A DNA stretch of 64,000 nucleotides, taken from contig NC_134036.1 of the NCBI RefSeq assembly GCF_964204645.1, positions 8,618,030 through 8,682,029 on the forward strand. Direction: 5' to 3'. Within the stretch, counting starts at the first letter, position 1; each line of letters begins with the position of its first letter. The stretch comes from Tubulanus polymorphus. Its lineage: Eukaryota; Animalia; Nemertea. The notes under the pieces are model-generated. The model worked only from the letters and a program-made list of their open reading frames with translations, was not told the DNA's origin and did no database searches. Shown piece by piece: positions 12,720 to 25,700 of this stretch. The translations under genes and the position numbers were made by a program.

Positions 12720-14470
12720 TCAAGAAAAGTCATGCGACGTGGATTTCGCCTCGCAAATTCATCAATTACAGCAGACACATCTACCTCCGTTTCATAATGG
12801 ACTGCCATTTAGTCTGTCCTGACTCATAGTAGACCTCATGTAGGATTTAAGTCGGCGCAAAGCAGAAACAGAACGCTCACACTGGCAACTAGTGACCGGA
12901 ATCGTACCTAAAACACGCAGTGCAGTACTAATGTGACACGGATCTAGAGGCAGACAATGACAGGAGCACATAATTAAAAAAAGGGCAATCTAAAGAAAAG
13001 GCACTATCCATGAGCTGGCGTAGCGATGTCGGTTTCTTCTCCTGCCTGCTCCAATAAGCCTCCCAAAGTAGCAGTTCTGATGAAATGTTGGCACAAGATG
13101 GAAAATCACTAGAACACTGATCACAAAACTGTAGAAAGCATTTTTTCCAGTCACTGCTCGCAACTGACATTAAATTTGGCATCACCAATTCGTGTTGATT
13201 CAGCATTCCAGTGACCACCTTGATTCGTTGCAATATCATTCAGGGTCGCTATCACTGGTTCAATGAGTTCAGAAAATGTCTCCATCACATCTAAACGCTG
13301 AACCCATATCGTTTTACAAACATCTAACAGTTTCCGCTTTTTCGTTTCAGGGACCATATTTTCTATATTTTCAGCTAACAGCTCATCTTTTTTGGGCGAG
13401 AATGAGAAAAACTTGCTCAACTCACCAAGCGTGTCTAACATGTTTCTGATAGCTTGAATCTGGCAGGAGGACATCAAACAAAGGTTCAAACGTTGAGAAG
13501 CACAATTGGTGTACAAGGCTTTGGGAAATTGTACCGCAATTAATGATGATACGCCCTTGTTCTTTCCAGCTACATTGCCTGCCCCATCATAACACTGACC
13601 TCTACAGTTAGCCATATCTAGTGCGAGGTCTTTAACGGCAGTTTTAATATATTCCGCTAGATCAGCTCCAGATGTCCCATCATCACAATGGATAAACCAT
13701 AGAAAATCTTCCTGAATTTCTCCATCACCGTCCACATATCTTATTACCAACGCCAATTGTTCCTTATTACTGGAGTCCGCTGCCTCATCAGCAATTATCG
13801 CAAAGAGTTTGGCTTCAATTAGCCTATCCACTATCGATTATTCGATTTGATCTCCAACACAATTTATAATTTGGTTTTGCACAATTTTTGAACGATATGT
13901 CGCATTTTTAGCACAGGTTTCCGTATGATTTGCCGGTATTATATCGCCACCATCAATTCTAAAATCTAAAAGTCTCTGAAATAATCCATTATTTGTACTT
14001 TTATCTGAGTATGATGCTTAATCATCTCGGTGTCCTCGAAAAAGGAAAGCACTGTTTTCCCAGAAAGAGCACACACACTGGACCAAGGACTCAAAAATCC
14101 TACGATTATCCGCAAAACGCTCACTCCTGGCTTGGTCTAACTGAACATCGACCGGAACCACTTTATTCGTCATCATACGTATAAAATTCTGCTTATCGAT
14201 AACAGCATTGCGATGCATGTCCAATTGCCTTTGATGTTTTCCATTTCACTACAGGTTTTGTATACAAACGCTCAATCGGCTTCCCACCTTTGAAAGCACC
14301 GTCCAGATTTTCTGAATATACCAACCAAGGAAACATTTTGAACCATTTATCGATGAACGCCCGGCTCTTCTCACCACCTTTTTGACGTGGAAAAGAATAA
14401 TCTTCATTTGGTGTCCAAATGTTCCTTAAGACAGCATATATCTCCGCATTAGGAAGTTTTGAAGTCATAT
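12720..14470 (-). pseudogene. hAT transposase pseudogene (PRKRIR/THAP12-like: ZnF-TTF, DUF4371, dimerization domain)
   Basis: WFKMFPWLVYS, FRGHRDD, FAIIADEAADSSNKEQLALVIRYV, RGQCYDGAGN, PVTSCQCERSVSALRRLKSYMRSTMSQDRL; several frameshifts and stops. Confidence 0.92.
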
Positions 14471-14475
14471 CACCT

Positions 14476-14814
14476 CATCCTCCCCCGGCAGGGATTCGAA
14501 CCTGATGGCATCGAGATTGCCACGGCACGAAACCCTGCCATAATCGACCGTGTGCGCAGATACACGCGCAGTTCAGATGATGCGATTTTTAGCCAATCAG
14601 AAATCCCGTTTTATTTTAGCCCGGGTTTTCCCATTTATAGTTCTTCCTTGAAATTTGCCTCAACGATTATACAACGAGCAATCTGATTGGTGCCGCCAGT
14701 TTTCGTTCGGAAAGCTGCGCATGTACCTGCGCACCCGGTCTACTGATGCAGGGGTTCGTGCCGTGGCTGAGTGTAGCGATGCCATCAGGTTCGAGTCCCT
14801 GCAGAGGGCGGATG
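14476..14814. mobile_element. MITE inserted in the hAT element
   Basis: TIRs CATCCTCCCCCGGCAGGGATTCGAACCTGATGGCATCG and its inverse; 8-bp TSD TATCACCT. Confidence 0.92.
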
Positions 14815-15454
14815 TATCACCTGTGTACACTGAAATATCTCTATCTGGATTGGACATGCTGCAAAATACAAATATGAAAAAACTTCTTAAGAAAGGAATT
14901 TGGGAAGCTCATAAAGCTTATAAGACCTATAGAACATGGAATGAACGTGTCTAATTTGAATAGCGCTTTTGATGACTTTGTCAGCGTTTAAGTTATGTAA
15001 TGTTGAAATCAAGTTTATTTCAAGATAACAAATATTTCATTTTATCATTTTTACTATTATGATTATGATTTAGATACAGTTATGATTAAATCCTAACCTG
15101 ACACATGATTTTAAGATTTAAGGCCTACATGAAGCTGTTATCGTTAGAATCTGTTGGTAAAGGGCCGTATAAATCATCATCTGTATCGGAATCGTCCATC
15201 GAAATATCACCATAAGAATCATTTAAAGAAGTGTCATCATACACTACATCATTGGTACTAGCAGCATCAACCATTTTCTCACTACAAAATTCATCAATCA
15301 CCGATGTCACATGCGGAATCATTCTCACTAGTATTTGGCTCGCTTTAAATAAAAATAATATCTTACTTGTTAAACAGACTCCCACACTGGTTGGTTCAAT
15401 CATTCTATCAAAAACAGATACCTAATCCATGGACAGACAGCGACCACGTGTAAA

Positions 15455-16179
15455 TTGATGCCCTTTTCAAAAATAAATGTGCCCTTTTCTTGAGAACAGA
15501 CCACCACCACGAGTAACAAATGCCTTTTTTAGAATATGATTGTGCCCTTTTCTTCAGAATAGTCCGCCCCCACGAGTAACAAATACCCTTTTTGAGAATA
15601 AATGTGCCCTTTTTTCTTTTGACTTTTTTAACGATGATGATAGACAGCCGCCACGCAATGCCACTGAGTATTGGAGAAACTAATATGCCTTCAGGAAAGT
15701 AAAAATGTGTCCTTTTCTTGAGAAAATGACTTTGTCTCATATTTCCTCACACGTATTCACTTTTGATTAGTAGGCCTTTCATCAATTTTCATCATCATCA
15801 AATTGTTCTATACTTACGTCTTTTTGAATAAGAAATCAATTCCATGATTGTTCTTCTTTGCTACGGTATGTATCTCCTGAAGTCGACGTTTTCGTTAAGC
15901 ATGATTGCCTTCAAATCTGGGGCCGTCATATCTTATTGATAATCTTAAAAACCACGTTCATGACGCTAGAACACATACGAAATTCGCGGAAGTTATCGTA
16001 CCGGGTGTAGTTTATTTCCTGGTTCACACTAAAATGCGGATGTAAATCGTGGACTGCGGACTTTAGTTGTGCAGGTAGAAATCGCGGTAAAAAAATGTTT
16101 TTCGCACTTTTTTCAAAATGGGCACAGAATTTGCGACAGGAGCACGTCCTTTGCGTGCTCCCGTCTAGATCCGCCCCTG
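15455..16179 (-). mobile_element. 5' end of the hAT element: terminus CAGGGGCGGATCTAG and subterminal AAAGGGCA repeats
   Basis: ctagatccgcccctg ending at 16179; repeated (g)tgccctttt at 15460-15720; partner TIR not found. Confidence 0.6.
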
Positions 16180-16260
16180 AATGTGACTTCGAGATAGTAG
16201 TTTATTTCAACCTTTCGACTAATAGTCATCTTCAGGAATAAGGAGATACTACAAAAATTA

Positions 16261-16262
<2 letters not shown>

Positions 16263-16342
<80 letters not shown>
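16263..16342. repeat. (AT)n microsatellite
   Basis: About 40 AT units. Confidence 0.99.
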
Positions 16343-16344
<2 letters not shown>

Positions 16345-16529
16345 AAATAAGTTCGGATCGTGATAAAAGTGAGCCGCGTGCACGCGTTCACGTTTACGTG
16401 CGAATGAATAAAGTTGTTGATATTGGATCATCACTGACCGCGCGTCGATGAGTCACTTCAGAAATCGAAAATTTGGATGTGGACCATAAACAAATGTATA
16501 TCTTTGGTCATATTTTATCGCATTTAACA

Positions 16530-17440
16530 TGTTTCCAGTTGAAGAGATGTAAGGCTGTACGAGCTTTTTCCTTATACTTCAGCTTGTTGTCCAAGACGGG
16601 CTAGTTGACGCTAATAGCTTGAAGTTTCTTTTTGCTAACCGTGACACTTTGTAAGTACCAACCGTTTGTGCTCAGGGGGCTAAAATTTGGGTACCGCAAT
16701 TTCGAACTGCTATAGAAACCAGGCTGCGGATCACTATTATATCCGATATCATTATAGATGCCATCTCAGTGTCATCCACCCACGGCACGAACCTCGGCCA
16801 CAGTAGACCGGGTGCGCAGATACATGCGCGGCTTGGCCGCGCGAAAACTTGCGGCACCAATCAGATCAATCAGATTGTTCGCTGAGGTAAATTTCACAGA
16901 AGAACTATAAATTTCAAAACCTGGGCTAAAATAAAAGTGGATTCTTGATTGGCTGATGATGACATCATCTTAGCTACGCATGTAGCTGCGCACTCGGTCT
17001 AGTCTGGCAGAGTTTCGTACCGTGGCAATCTCGATGCCATCAGGTTCGAATCTCTGCCAGGGGAGAATGCGTCAATGTACGTAGAAATACATCCAAATCT
17101 GATATTGTTTTGTAGTCGAATGAAACACTCTAATCCCATGCCCGTAGGTACTGCGGAAAGTGCCCCTGCCCCAATATCTGATAGCCTTTTTTATTCTGCA
17201 AAACGACGCTTTTTCCTCGTAATATTCAATATCTAGTAAGATACATATGCATTCCACTGCGCCTGCACTGGCTTTATCCAATGACCCACATCGCTATAGT
17301 GTGTACCGTTGTGGTAACGTATATCTACCAGTGTTGTGGTAATGATTTCTCTCGTCGATGTTGCGAGGGACACTCTCATAGGCCGGATCACAGTCCTTGG
17401 TTTTGACTTTCTTACAAGGCTCCCAGATATGACTTAACAA
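16530..17440 (-). pseudogene. Decayed discoidin-like coding region split by the MITE
   Basis: AIRYWGRG..GIRVFHSTT..WMY before the MITE; the frame stays largely open after it (..ARTALHLFNW). Confidence 0.3.
16773..17069. mobile_element. Second copy of the same MITE family, opposite orientation, left TIR partly deleted
   Basis: Ends gatgccatcaggttcgaatctctgccaggggagaatg; shares the internal sequence. Confidence 0.85.
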
Positions 17441-18329
17441 TTTCTTAAGTTATCTATTTGTTTATTATCTCTTACCAGATGTATACAAGATCATTCCCCG
17501 GAGCTCCCCCTAAAACCTATTCTCTCCAGCCTCCCTCTAAAGCTTTCTTAAACCCATTTATATCATTTTATCTTTAGTAACGTGTGCATGCCCTCTTCCA
17601 CACATGGCTTGGAATTCATGGCTTGTGACGTATTCATACGTCACAAAATTCCTCCCATCCATGTATGTCAACTTCGCGGGTTCGTACGGAAGTGTCCCGG
17701 GGACATGAGGAACATAAATCGAACGTATCATCATTTCTAAGTTCATAAATCGAATGTATGTCTCGTTTTCTTCGCTCGAAAATCGTACGTATTTTTGGTT
17801 TTTTCATTCGAAAAATCAAAATATTTTCTGTTTTGAAAAAACGGCGGTGTTTCATGCTTCAGCATGTGGTTTTTTTTTGCACGAGACACGTTTTGTCGGT
17901 CAATGCAAAAAAAATATTTTATGATAATATATAACTAATCTACTTCGGTATTCTCAATATGATATACACCACAATGACCAGAGTCAGTGTCATCTGTAAG
18001 GTGACGACTACTGCGATATCTATCGGATTACCTCGCCACGCCGCAAGTGGTGACATCGCCAGTGAATGGGCTTTCAGAGCTTGTAAATACAATCTCAATA
18101 ACAACAACTGCATGTTTACATGTGTAGTGAGCTGAGTAGTCATCGTTTTATTTCCAGTTTATCGAAAAATTATAATAATTAAAGAATTTCAATCGTTACA
18201 TCCACCGTCGTCGCGTTCGATGTCCACGCATTCTCCCTGCGCCCTGTTTGGCTCGTTATCACTACAGTTGGTGTATATCTGCAAGAAAACACATCGGAGC
18301 CATTAATAACGCGATGACGCGAGCGTTTT

Positions 18330-18580
18330 TGATCCGCGCACGGGATTTGTGCCGGATATGCAGGCCCGGGAAAACCGCTTTCAAACGCTGGTACCACGCA
18401 ATTGCAGGCAAGGAGAATCCGCCAGGTTCGCTAGTGGTTGCCGCGATTCAATTTCTTATACATTTTTATCGAACTCGAACCAACTTTTCTCGCTAGCAAA
18501 TCAATTTCCAGCAAAAACATTCCATACACTCATTGGGAATGTCATTCATTTATAACGCATTCCCATTAAGTTTTGATCCT
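18330..18580 (+). repeat. Dispersed repeat, probably a non-autonomous DNA transposon; other copies at about 31030-31150 (-) and 61430-61680 (+)
   Basis: Shared core atcc(g/a)ccagg..cgctag....ttctt(c/a)tacattt; hAT-like terminus near 61083 for the third copy. Confidence 0.6.
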
Positions 18581-18756
18581 TTCCCAGTTTGTATCAAAGT
18601 ACCAATTATTTGTCATAGAGTCCTGAAAGGTTGATAATTTTACACATAAATCCATATAAACGTGTCATCTATACCACAAAACACTTTACCGATTTCTTCA
18701 TGTGTCCCTCCATTTTGAATTTTTGTATTTGTATTACTTTGTACGAATATTACAAT

Positions 18757-19495
18757 GTGACCGGGCCTTGATCATCGTTACGATCCGGCGCCGGTCAGGG
18801 AGGGGGGAGGGAAGCCGTAGGTCGGTCGTCCGTCCGTTCGTCAGTGTGCCGGCGGTGCTGGTTCGAAAAACGACAATGTGCTGACCGGGTCTTGATCAGC
18901 GTTACGACCCAGCGCAGTGAGGGAGGGATGGAGGCAGTAGGACAGTCGTCCACCCGTTAGTCAGTCTGCCGGCAGTGATGGTTGTTCGAAAAACGACTAA
19001 GTGGTGACCGGGCCTTGATCAGTGTTGCGATCCGGCACCGGTCAGGGGGGGGGGGTGGAGGTAGTAGGTGGGTCGTCCACCCGTTAGTCAGTCTGCCTGC
19101 AGTGATGGTTGTTCGAAAAACGACTAAGTGCTGACCGGGCCTTGATCAGCGTTACGACCCGGCGCTGGTCAGGGAGGGAGGGAGAGAGGCAGTAGGTCGG
19201 TCGTCCGTCCGTTCGTCAGTGTGCCGGCGGTGGTTGTTCGAAAAATGACTAAGTGCTGACCGGGCCTTGATCAGCGTTACGACCCGGCGCAGTGAGGGAG
19301 GGAGGGAGGCACTAGGACAGTCGTCCGCCCGTTAGTCAGTGTGCCGGTGGTGGTTGTTCGAAAAACGACTAAGTGCTGACCGGGCCTTGATCAGCGTTAT
19401 GACCCAGCGCAGTGAGGGAGGGAGGGTGGCAGTAGGACAGTCGTCCACCCGTTAGTCAGTGTGCCGGCAGTGATGGTTGTTCGAAAAACGTACTA
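18757..19495. repeat. About 123-bp GC-rich tandem repeat, 6 units
   Basis: Units start at about 18757, 18878, 19002, 19128, 19253 and 19373 (gtgctgaccgggccttgatcagcgttacgaccc...). Confidence 0.95.
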
Positions 19496-19515
19496 AAAAT
19501 GGAAAATAAAATTAA

Positions 19516-19521
19516 TTTATT
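19516..19521 (-). terminator. Putative polyadenylation signal AATAAA
   Basis: tttatt on + strand, downstream of the predicted stop and followed by a T-rich tract on the minus strand. Confidence 0.45.
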
Positions 19522-19711
19522 TACGGACCAGTTTAAGGAGTTATAGTCAGATTACGTAGGCTATTCGTGAACAAAACGCGGAATTCGCACAGCAGAAACT
19601 GCGCACTATATGTTCTTTCATTATCGTCGACAAAGAGGAGCGATATTCGCAAATTGGATTCGGGAGGGGTGTAAACATTAGAGATCGTGGCCATTTTTAT
19701 CGTAATCAATT

Positions 19712-19767
19712 TCAGTTGAAGCCGATACCACAATTCTCATTGGTTTGAAAGTCAAACCACGAAGTCC
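19712..19767 (-). CDS. Probable terminal coding exon
   Basis: ttttaccaaatag| phase 1, [18 protein letters not shown]; AATAAA about 190 nt downstream. Confidence 0.5.
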
Positions 19768-22700
19768 CTATTTGGTAAAACGTTATTAGAAATTTAAAAC
19801 CGAAAGGAAAAAGTCATGTTAGATTCATTATTAGATACGTAGAGATTTTGTTAGCTGCAACTATTCGTTGAATGAACTGGCGTCCTTGTATGAAAGTTAG
19901 AATAAAAATGTATTAAATCATCGGTTTAGCGAGTTTTTAGTATAGAATTCTGTTTTTTTGTTTTGTTTTGCTCTAACAAACGCATTAATTCATCCATGAT
20001 AATGATAATTATAGAATTCATCTTTATATAGCGCTTAATCTCATAATGACTTAAAGCGCTTACAAAGTAATATACAACATTATCTTCGGATAGAAGAAAG
20101 TATTCCATTGAGCTAAAACATTTCAGTTGTTAGTTCCATTAAAGATATGCGTTCTAAGTATTTTCGTAACGATTTGAATGGACTCACTCTCTCGTATATG
20201 TTTTTGAGGTAAGTTCCATATCTAAAGTATCTGAAACTACTTTACCGAGTGCCTCAGGCTAAATCAACGGTCCACCTCATTGCAAACAATCACCAGCCAT
20301 AGAAATGTTTAATCCTCCTACTACAATAATGCGCAATAATCTCTATAAAATCATAATTTTTGAGATAATAGCTCCTAGATTTCATAGGTTTTATTTCAAC
20401 CGGTGCGACCGTCATATGAACATTTACATCAATTTATGGAGCCGACTTATTCGCCATTTCAAACGTTTTAGATAAAAAGGCCTCTTTACTGGACTGTGTT
20501 ATATTGATAAAAAATAGAATGAACTTAAATGATCAAGCGTAGCCCATTCATCAAAATTCTTATTACGATTTAATTCAATACTTAACTAACCCTCAAACTA
20601 GTGGAACATGTTATTTTTCATAAACACTGTACTTGAATAGCAGGGTGGCGTGGCTTACCTTTAACAATTTTCGACTGGCAATGGTTGATGAAAAATATAT
20701 AACCCGCTTCCCACGAGCATTGACACTCGTATCCACGGGCGGCTTCCCCGGAAACACTGCAGTCAAATTCACAACCGCAACCTGCGTAAAATTCAACATT
20801 CAAATGATTCGTAACTTATTGGAAAGGAAACAATCGGATTTCAGCACCTACATATATATCACGTTCGTAATTATGCGTTTGAAAATGCACTAATAAAATG
20901 TCTAACTTTCAATTGGAAATATCTTGCCCGATATGCTGAATACATGTGCAGTGTGGACGATCTATTTTTCAAAACGTGCTGTTATGTGTAATGTCAGCCG
21001 GTTTGTAGTTTAGTTTCAATCACCCTCGCTTGCCAGGGTTTCGATTACCACTCGCTGAAGCTTACGCTTATACAAACCCTGGCCGCAAACCCTTTATTGG
21101 TTTATTACATCACCCTCGATTTCTTGGGTTCAGCGCCCACTAGTCTATATATCTAGCCAATCAGTTGCATTTTCATCGGCACGACGTCCGCTCTTTAAAT
21201 ACCACGCATCTTATTGGCTAGATATATAGACTGGTGGCCGCCGAGTTGGAACCTGTCCGCCCAAGGAATCGTGGGCGATGTAATAATCAAATGAAAGGTT
21301 TGCGGCCAGGGGGTGGCAATAAAACCCTCGCAAGCGAGGCTGATTTTCAAATAAACATACCTCAGTGATGTCCTGAACACGTGTGAACTGAAGACTACAA
21401 CTACTACTTGGAAAATGGGTTTAATGTCGTGCGTCTGTAGTTCATTTTAGTTTAGGTGAAACGTGAAATTCGGAACGATCGGTTTTTGAAAGTGCGTTGA
21501 TGAAATGATGATGCGTGGTAGTAGAATAACCACACTCAAACGGGGAGAACAGATAAAATCCCGTTAAATATTTATTCGTTTAATTAACGTTTTGACCTCA
21601 AACTAGAGATCATTCTCATACATGATACAATCATTCATCTCACACCCGACGACGATCTCTATTGTGTGATCGAAACGTCGTGTCTGTTCAATTATGTTCG
21701 ATCGAATGAATTCTCGATTTTAAACCGTATTTTAATCCGTATATAGCAGGTTTCTATATTAACCGATGTCTGGTGTTAGTAGTTTCGCTTTCAATTCAGA
21801 ATGTGATATTCTTAACTGGCCCATCGTCTAAGCTGAAATCCTGCGAGTGAAAATGAGCGGGAATGCAGGGTTCAATCGGCAGAAATGGCTGTATAGTTGT
21901 TATACGTACTATGACACTTGTTTTCGTATAACACGTCATCGCTGTTACAAGCGCTACATTCGTAATCGTTCAGTTTATCCGTACACGTGGTAGCGGATTC
22001 AGCACCGCACGGCGCTAACAAACAATCGTCGATATCTGCGAGAAAACAAAAATACGTCATCAAAAGAGGATAAATCCCGTACAATTTATTATATGGCTTC
22101 CCCATCACCGGGGAAATCAGGCAAACGAGAGTAGGACAAACTGTACATTCATGTTTTTTTTCTGTGTTGTTAGTTTTTATTTTGTATCCCGTATAACAAA
22201 GTATTATCAGTTTTGAATATATCCACGTATTGAAAAGGTTTTTTTGTGATGGCTAGGCTGCTTTATTATTAGTTTAGAGTACCGTACCTAAGTACGGACT
22301 GCTTTATTCTTAGTTTAGAGTACCCAAGTATTTACAGAGAAACTTTACAAACTGAATCGCAGTGTTCCATATGTGACCACAATGTGTCGATAGAAAAGGA
22401 ACTATATGTTCATGGGTCGAAGAAGTAAATTTCTTTCGAATGGAGAGCAACTTTGGAATTTTCCCACAAGTACGTATGTGAAACATTGGGCTTATAAGAT
22501 AGCGCGGGTGATTCGACACGATTAAGAACCTTTGAAACCTACGATCGACAGTTCTCAAATTTGTGGCCAGCTAGTTACGAGGGGTCCGTAGTTGACGCCG
22601 TGGGTTGTCTAGGGCTGTACTGACCGACGAGAGCCCTTTCAATAAGACTCGACGAAGCAATCTGCGATGATGAAAAGACGAAATATTTCCGGGAAGTCGG

Positions 22701-25700
22701 TCAGATTTTAGTTGCTAAATCGTTATACTGTTTTTGTTATATACAACTCAAAACTACGATTATTCGGCTCAAGTCCATTTTAGCATCAAATAGTTCCAGC
22801 AGAGAATTATCACATCGGACAGGTATTTAACATTAATACGCCAGTATTGGACTTAATGAATCTCACCTACATAGCGACATACACACGAACGCACATACCG
22901 ACAAACCGGTGACTGGTGCCTAGGATCGAGTGGCTGTGTGGTGCGTGGATTACCCTTATAAGAAGTGGCTAGGATCGAGGGAATGGGATTTCGTGTGGAT
23001 TACCCGTGGCTGAATCGAGGGACTATAGGTACGTCGGTTTGTCGATTTGTCGGTATGTCCGCGCGTAGAAAAAAAAACTCAAAATGCATAGCCAAATTAC
23101 ACCTTTTATACAATGTAACTTCCACGCTATATTGGATTTGAACCGATTAGTCGCAGTTTTACACCGAGTCCTCTCCCCGTAGAACTGGACATACGGAAGA
23201 TAAGATTAGAAAATAAGACTTGTTTATATGTATCCCCTAATTAAAATGTAATCTAAGTTGCATGAATATATTTTTGTAATGATGGCAATTCAAAAGTGTA
23301 AATGTTGTTTTTAGGGTAGACTGACGGCGTGTCTCTGACAGCGTTCTTCTGCTCGCTCTCTCGCTCATTAATTCATTCGGTCATTCATTAATATACTAAT
23401 CCAGTCAATATAGTATCGAGGTAGCACAGAATAAAGGATTCGCATATTAAGACACAACGAAAATTTCCTCATTTTTAATTTGAAATTTGTTATGACCTTG
23501 ACCTTGAATCAATTAACCTTGACCGTGAATCAATTTAGGAATGCTATACCGGCAACGCATATCGGAATATATGAATTTTGAAGCTAAGATTGTATTTTCA
23601 TCACGATCAAAAGCACTTTCTCAACTTACCGACACATTTCCCATCAACGAATTCATATCCGGAATCGCAGTCGGAGTCAATGATTTCTATTTGAAAACAA
23701 AAACATCAAATGAGATGAACCGTTGAAATAATGATTTGTGTATCATTTCTAGTTCACTTGCTGCGGTTAATCGATCGTTGGATTTTCGAATTGCACTCTT
23801 TCCAGTCGTTTTCGTCGACTATACGTCGTAGAAAATACAATGAATAAACGCTAGGAATTTGGCAATTAATTTGCAAATAACAACATATAAACTCACCCCC
23901 CCCCCCCCTTAATACCTTACAGTCATGCTCTGTATGATAATAGAAAACAAATAAAAGATGGAAAGACAATTTAAAATTTTGTAGTGGGTCACTTTTTAAG
24001 GGCTAAAACAAATGTCGATATATGATATGTAATTTTGTTTCGACTTAAAATTAAATTCTATTTTTAACTACTGACATTGTGGCTCAACTTCGTTTTCTGG
24101 TTAAGAGGTTCAGGCGGCGAATAACAGTACAGATTTATACGCAAATGGCATTGTCGAAAAAAATATCCTTCTGCAATCCGACAATCAGAAACATTGTCGA
24201 AGAAATTTCTTTCGACAATCCGACAATCAGGAGCAGCCTCAAAGAAATTCCGGCTGAAATGTCCTTATATGAACCAGAAGTGGATGGGATCGAGTCGCTG
24301 CTGGTTTGCGTGGATTACCTTTACAAAAAGTGGCTGGGATCGATGGCTGGTCGTTTGTATGGATTACCTATATAAGTGGCTGGGATCGAGGGACTGTGCG
24401 CTTGCGTAGATAACTCCTATATAAAAGTAGCTGGGATCGAACGACTGGGTGTTTGCGAAGATTACCATTGTACAAAGTGGCTGGGATCTAAAGACTGTAT
24501 GTCGAGATGTCGATATGTGACAAAAGACGATTGACGCGCATTTCACTTTTTAATTTTCATTAGGGACCTATTATTACGAGGACTGCATTTGCGGTTTTTT
24601 GGGGAAACTATGGTAAATAAACTCAAATAGTCACATTAAGAAATTAATATTTATTATGGGATTGTCGGATTGTCGATGGAAATTTTCTCGACATTGCTTG
24701 GTTTCTGATTTTCGGATTGTCGAAGGAGATTTTTTCGACAATGCTTCCAATTTTCGCATTGTCGAAGGAATTTTTTTCGACAATGCTTCCGATTTTCGCA
24801 TTGTCGAAGGAATTTTTTTCGACAATGCTTCTGATTGTCGAAGGAAGGTCTCCGGATATTGGACAAAAAACGCATTAAGCAGTTTGTCCCTACGACCTCG
24901 GCACTATTCAACCAGGAAACGAAGACAAAGCACGCAGCTCTTGTCAGCTGCGGATAGTTTATATCAATTTGTTATTTTTAAAGTTTATATCCGTTTGATA
25001 ACGGTCGACTGAAACTGGCACTCATATAATACTTACCGATACACTTTCTGTTTGCCAAGATAAATCCCGCATCGCAAGAAGTGCACGTAAAATCGTTGAT
25101 CTGATCGGTACATTGACCTTGATTACCGCACGGATTACCCTCACAGTCATCGACGCTGTCAACTAAATAGTTAAAAACAGATTGAAAGTCTATTGGAATT
25201 CATAGAGGATTGCACTTGTGGACATCATCCCTCGAATCAAAGTGCCCCGCACGATGAGCCGAGACCACTCCTGATTATTTTATATTTTAAAACAAACCCT
25301 CGTTAATTCGTTCTTTTGTTGTGCTGATCAGACTACACTGCTCTCTATGCTAGATATGCATTGCAGTGTGAATCGTTCGCATAGGCTACAGGAAGGCCAC
25401 GGCTGCGGTCAGAACCAAAACACTAAGCTCTGTGGAACAGTAACCTCTCTTATTTAAAAAAAAAATTACCCCCATAAGGATTGAACATGAAAGTCATGAT
25501 TGACACATGCAAGTCACATATAGAAAATCAGACATGATGAGATCCGAGAGTTTTTAGTGGATTTTTATGAAATATGAGGGGTTACTGTGCCACAGAGCTT
25601 ACTGCTTTGGCTCTGACCGCAGCCGAGGTCCATTGTATGACACGCGGATGTCCACTCAATTCAAGTTGAAATGAACGTTAAATAAACGATTACGTATACT

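Noticed and set aside
16113-16451. (YI)n ORFs, and similarly the ORFs over 30259-30628 and the LPPS part of 37946-38527
   Set aside because: Translations of microsatellites; only the kringle exon within 37946-38527 is real
18757-19495. Twister or hammerhead ribozyme in the 123-bp unit
   Set aside because: Only partial motifs; no correctly spaced GAAA or twister core could be assembled
22620-22660. Hammerhead-like ccgacgagagccctt..aagactcga
   Set aside because: No GAAA core or stem I; overlaps a probable decayed coding fragment on the other strand
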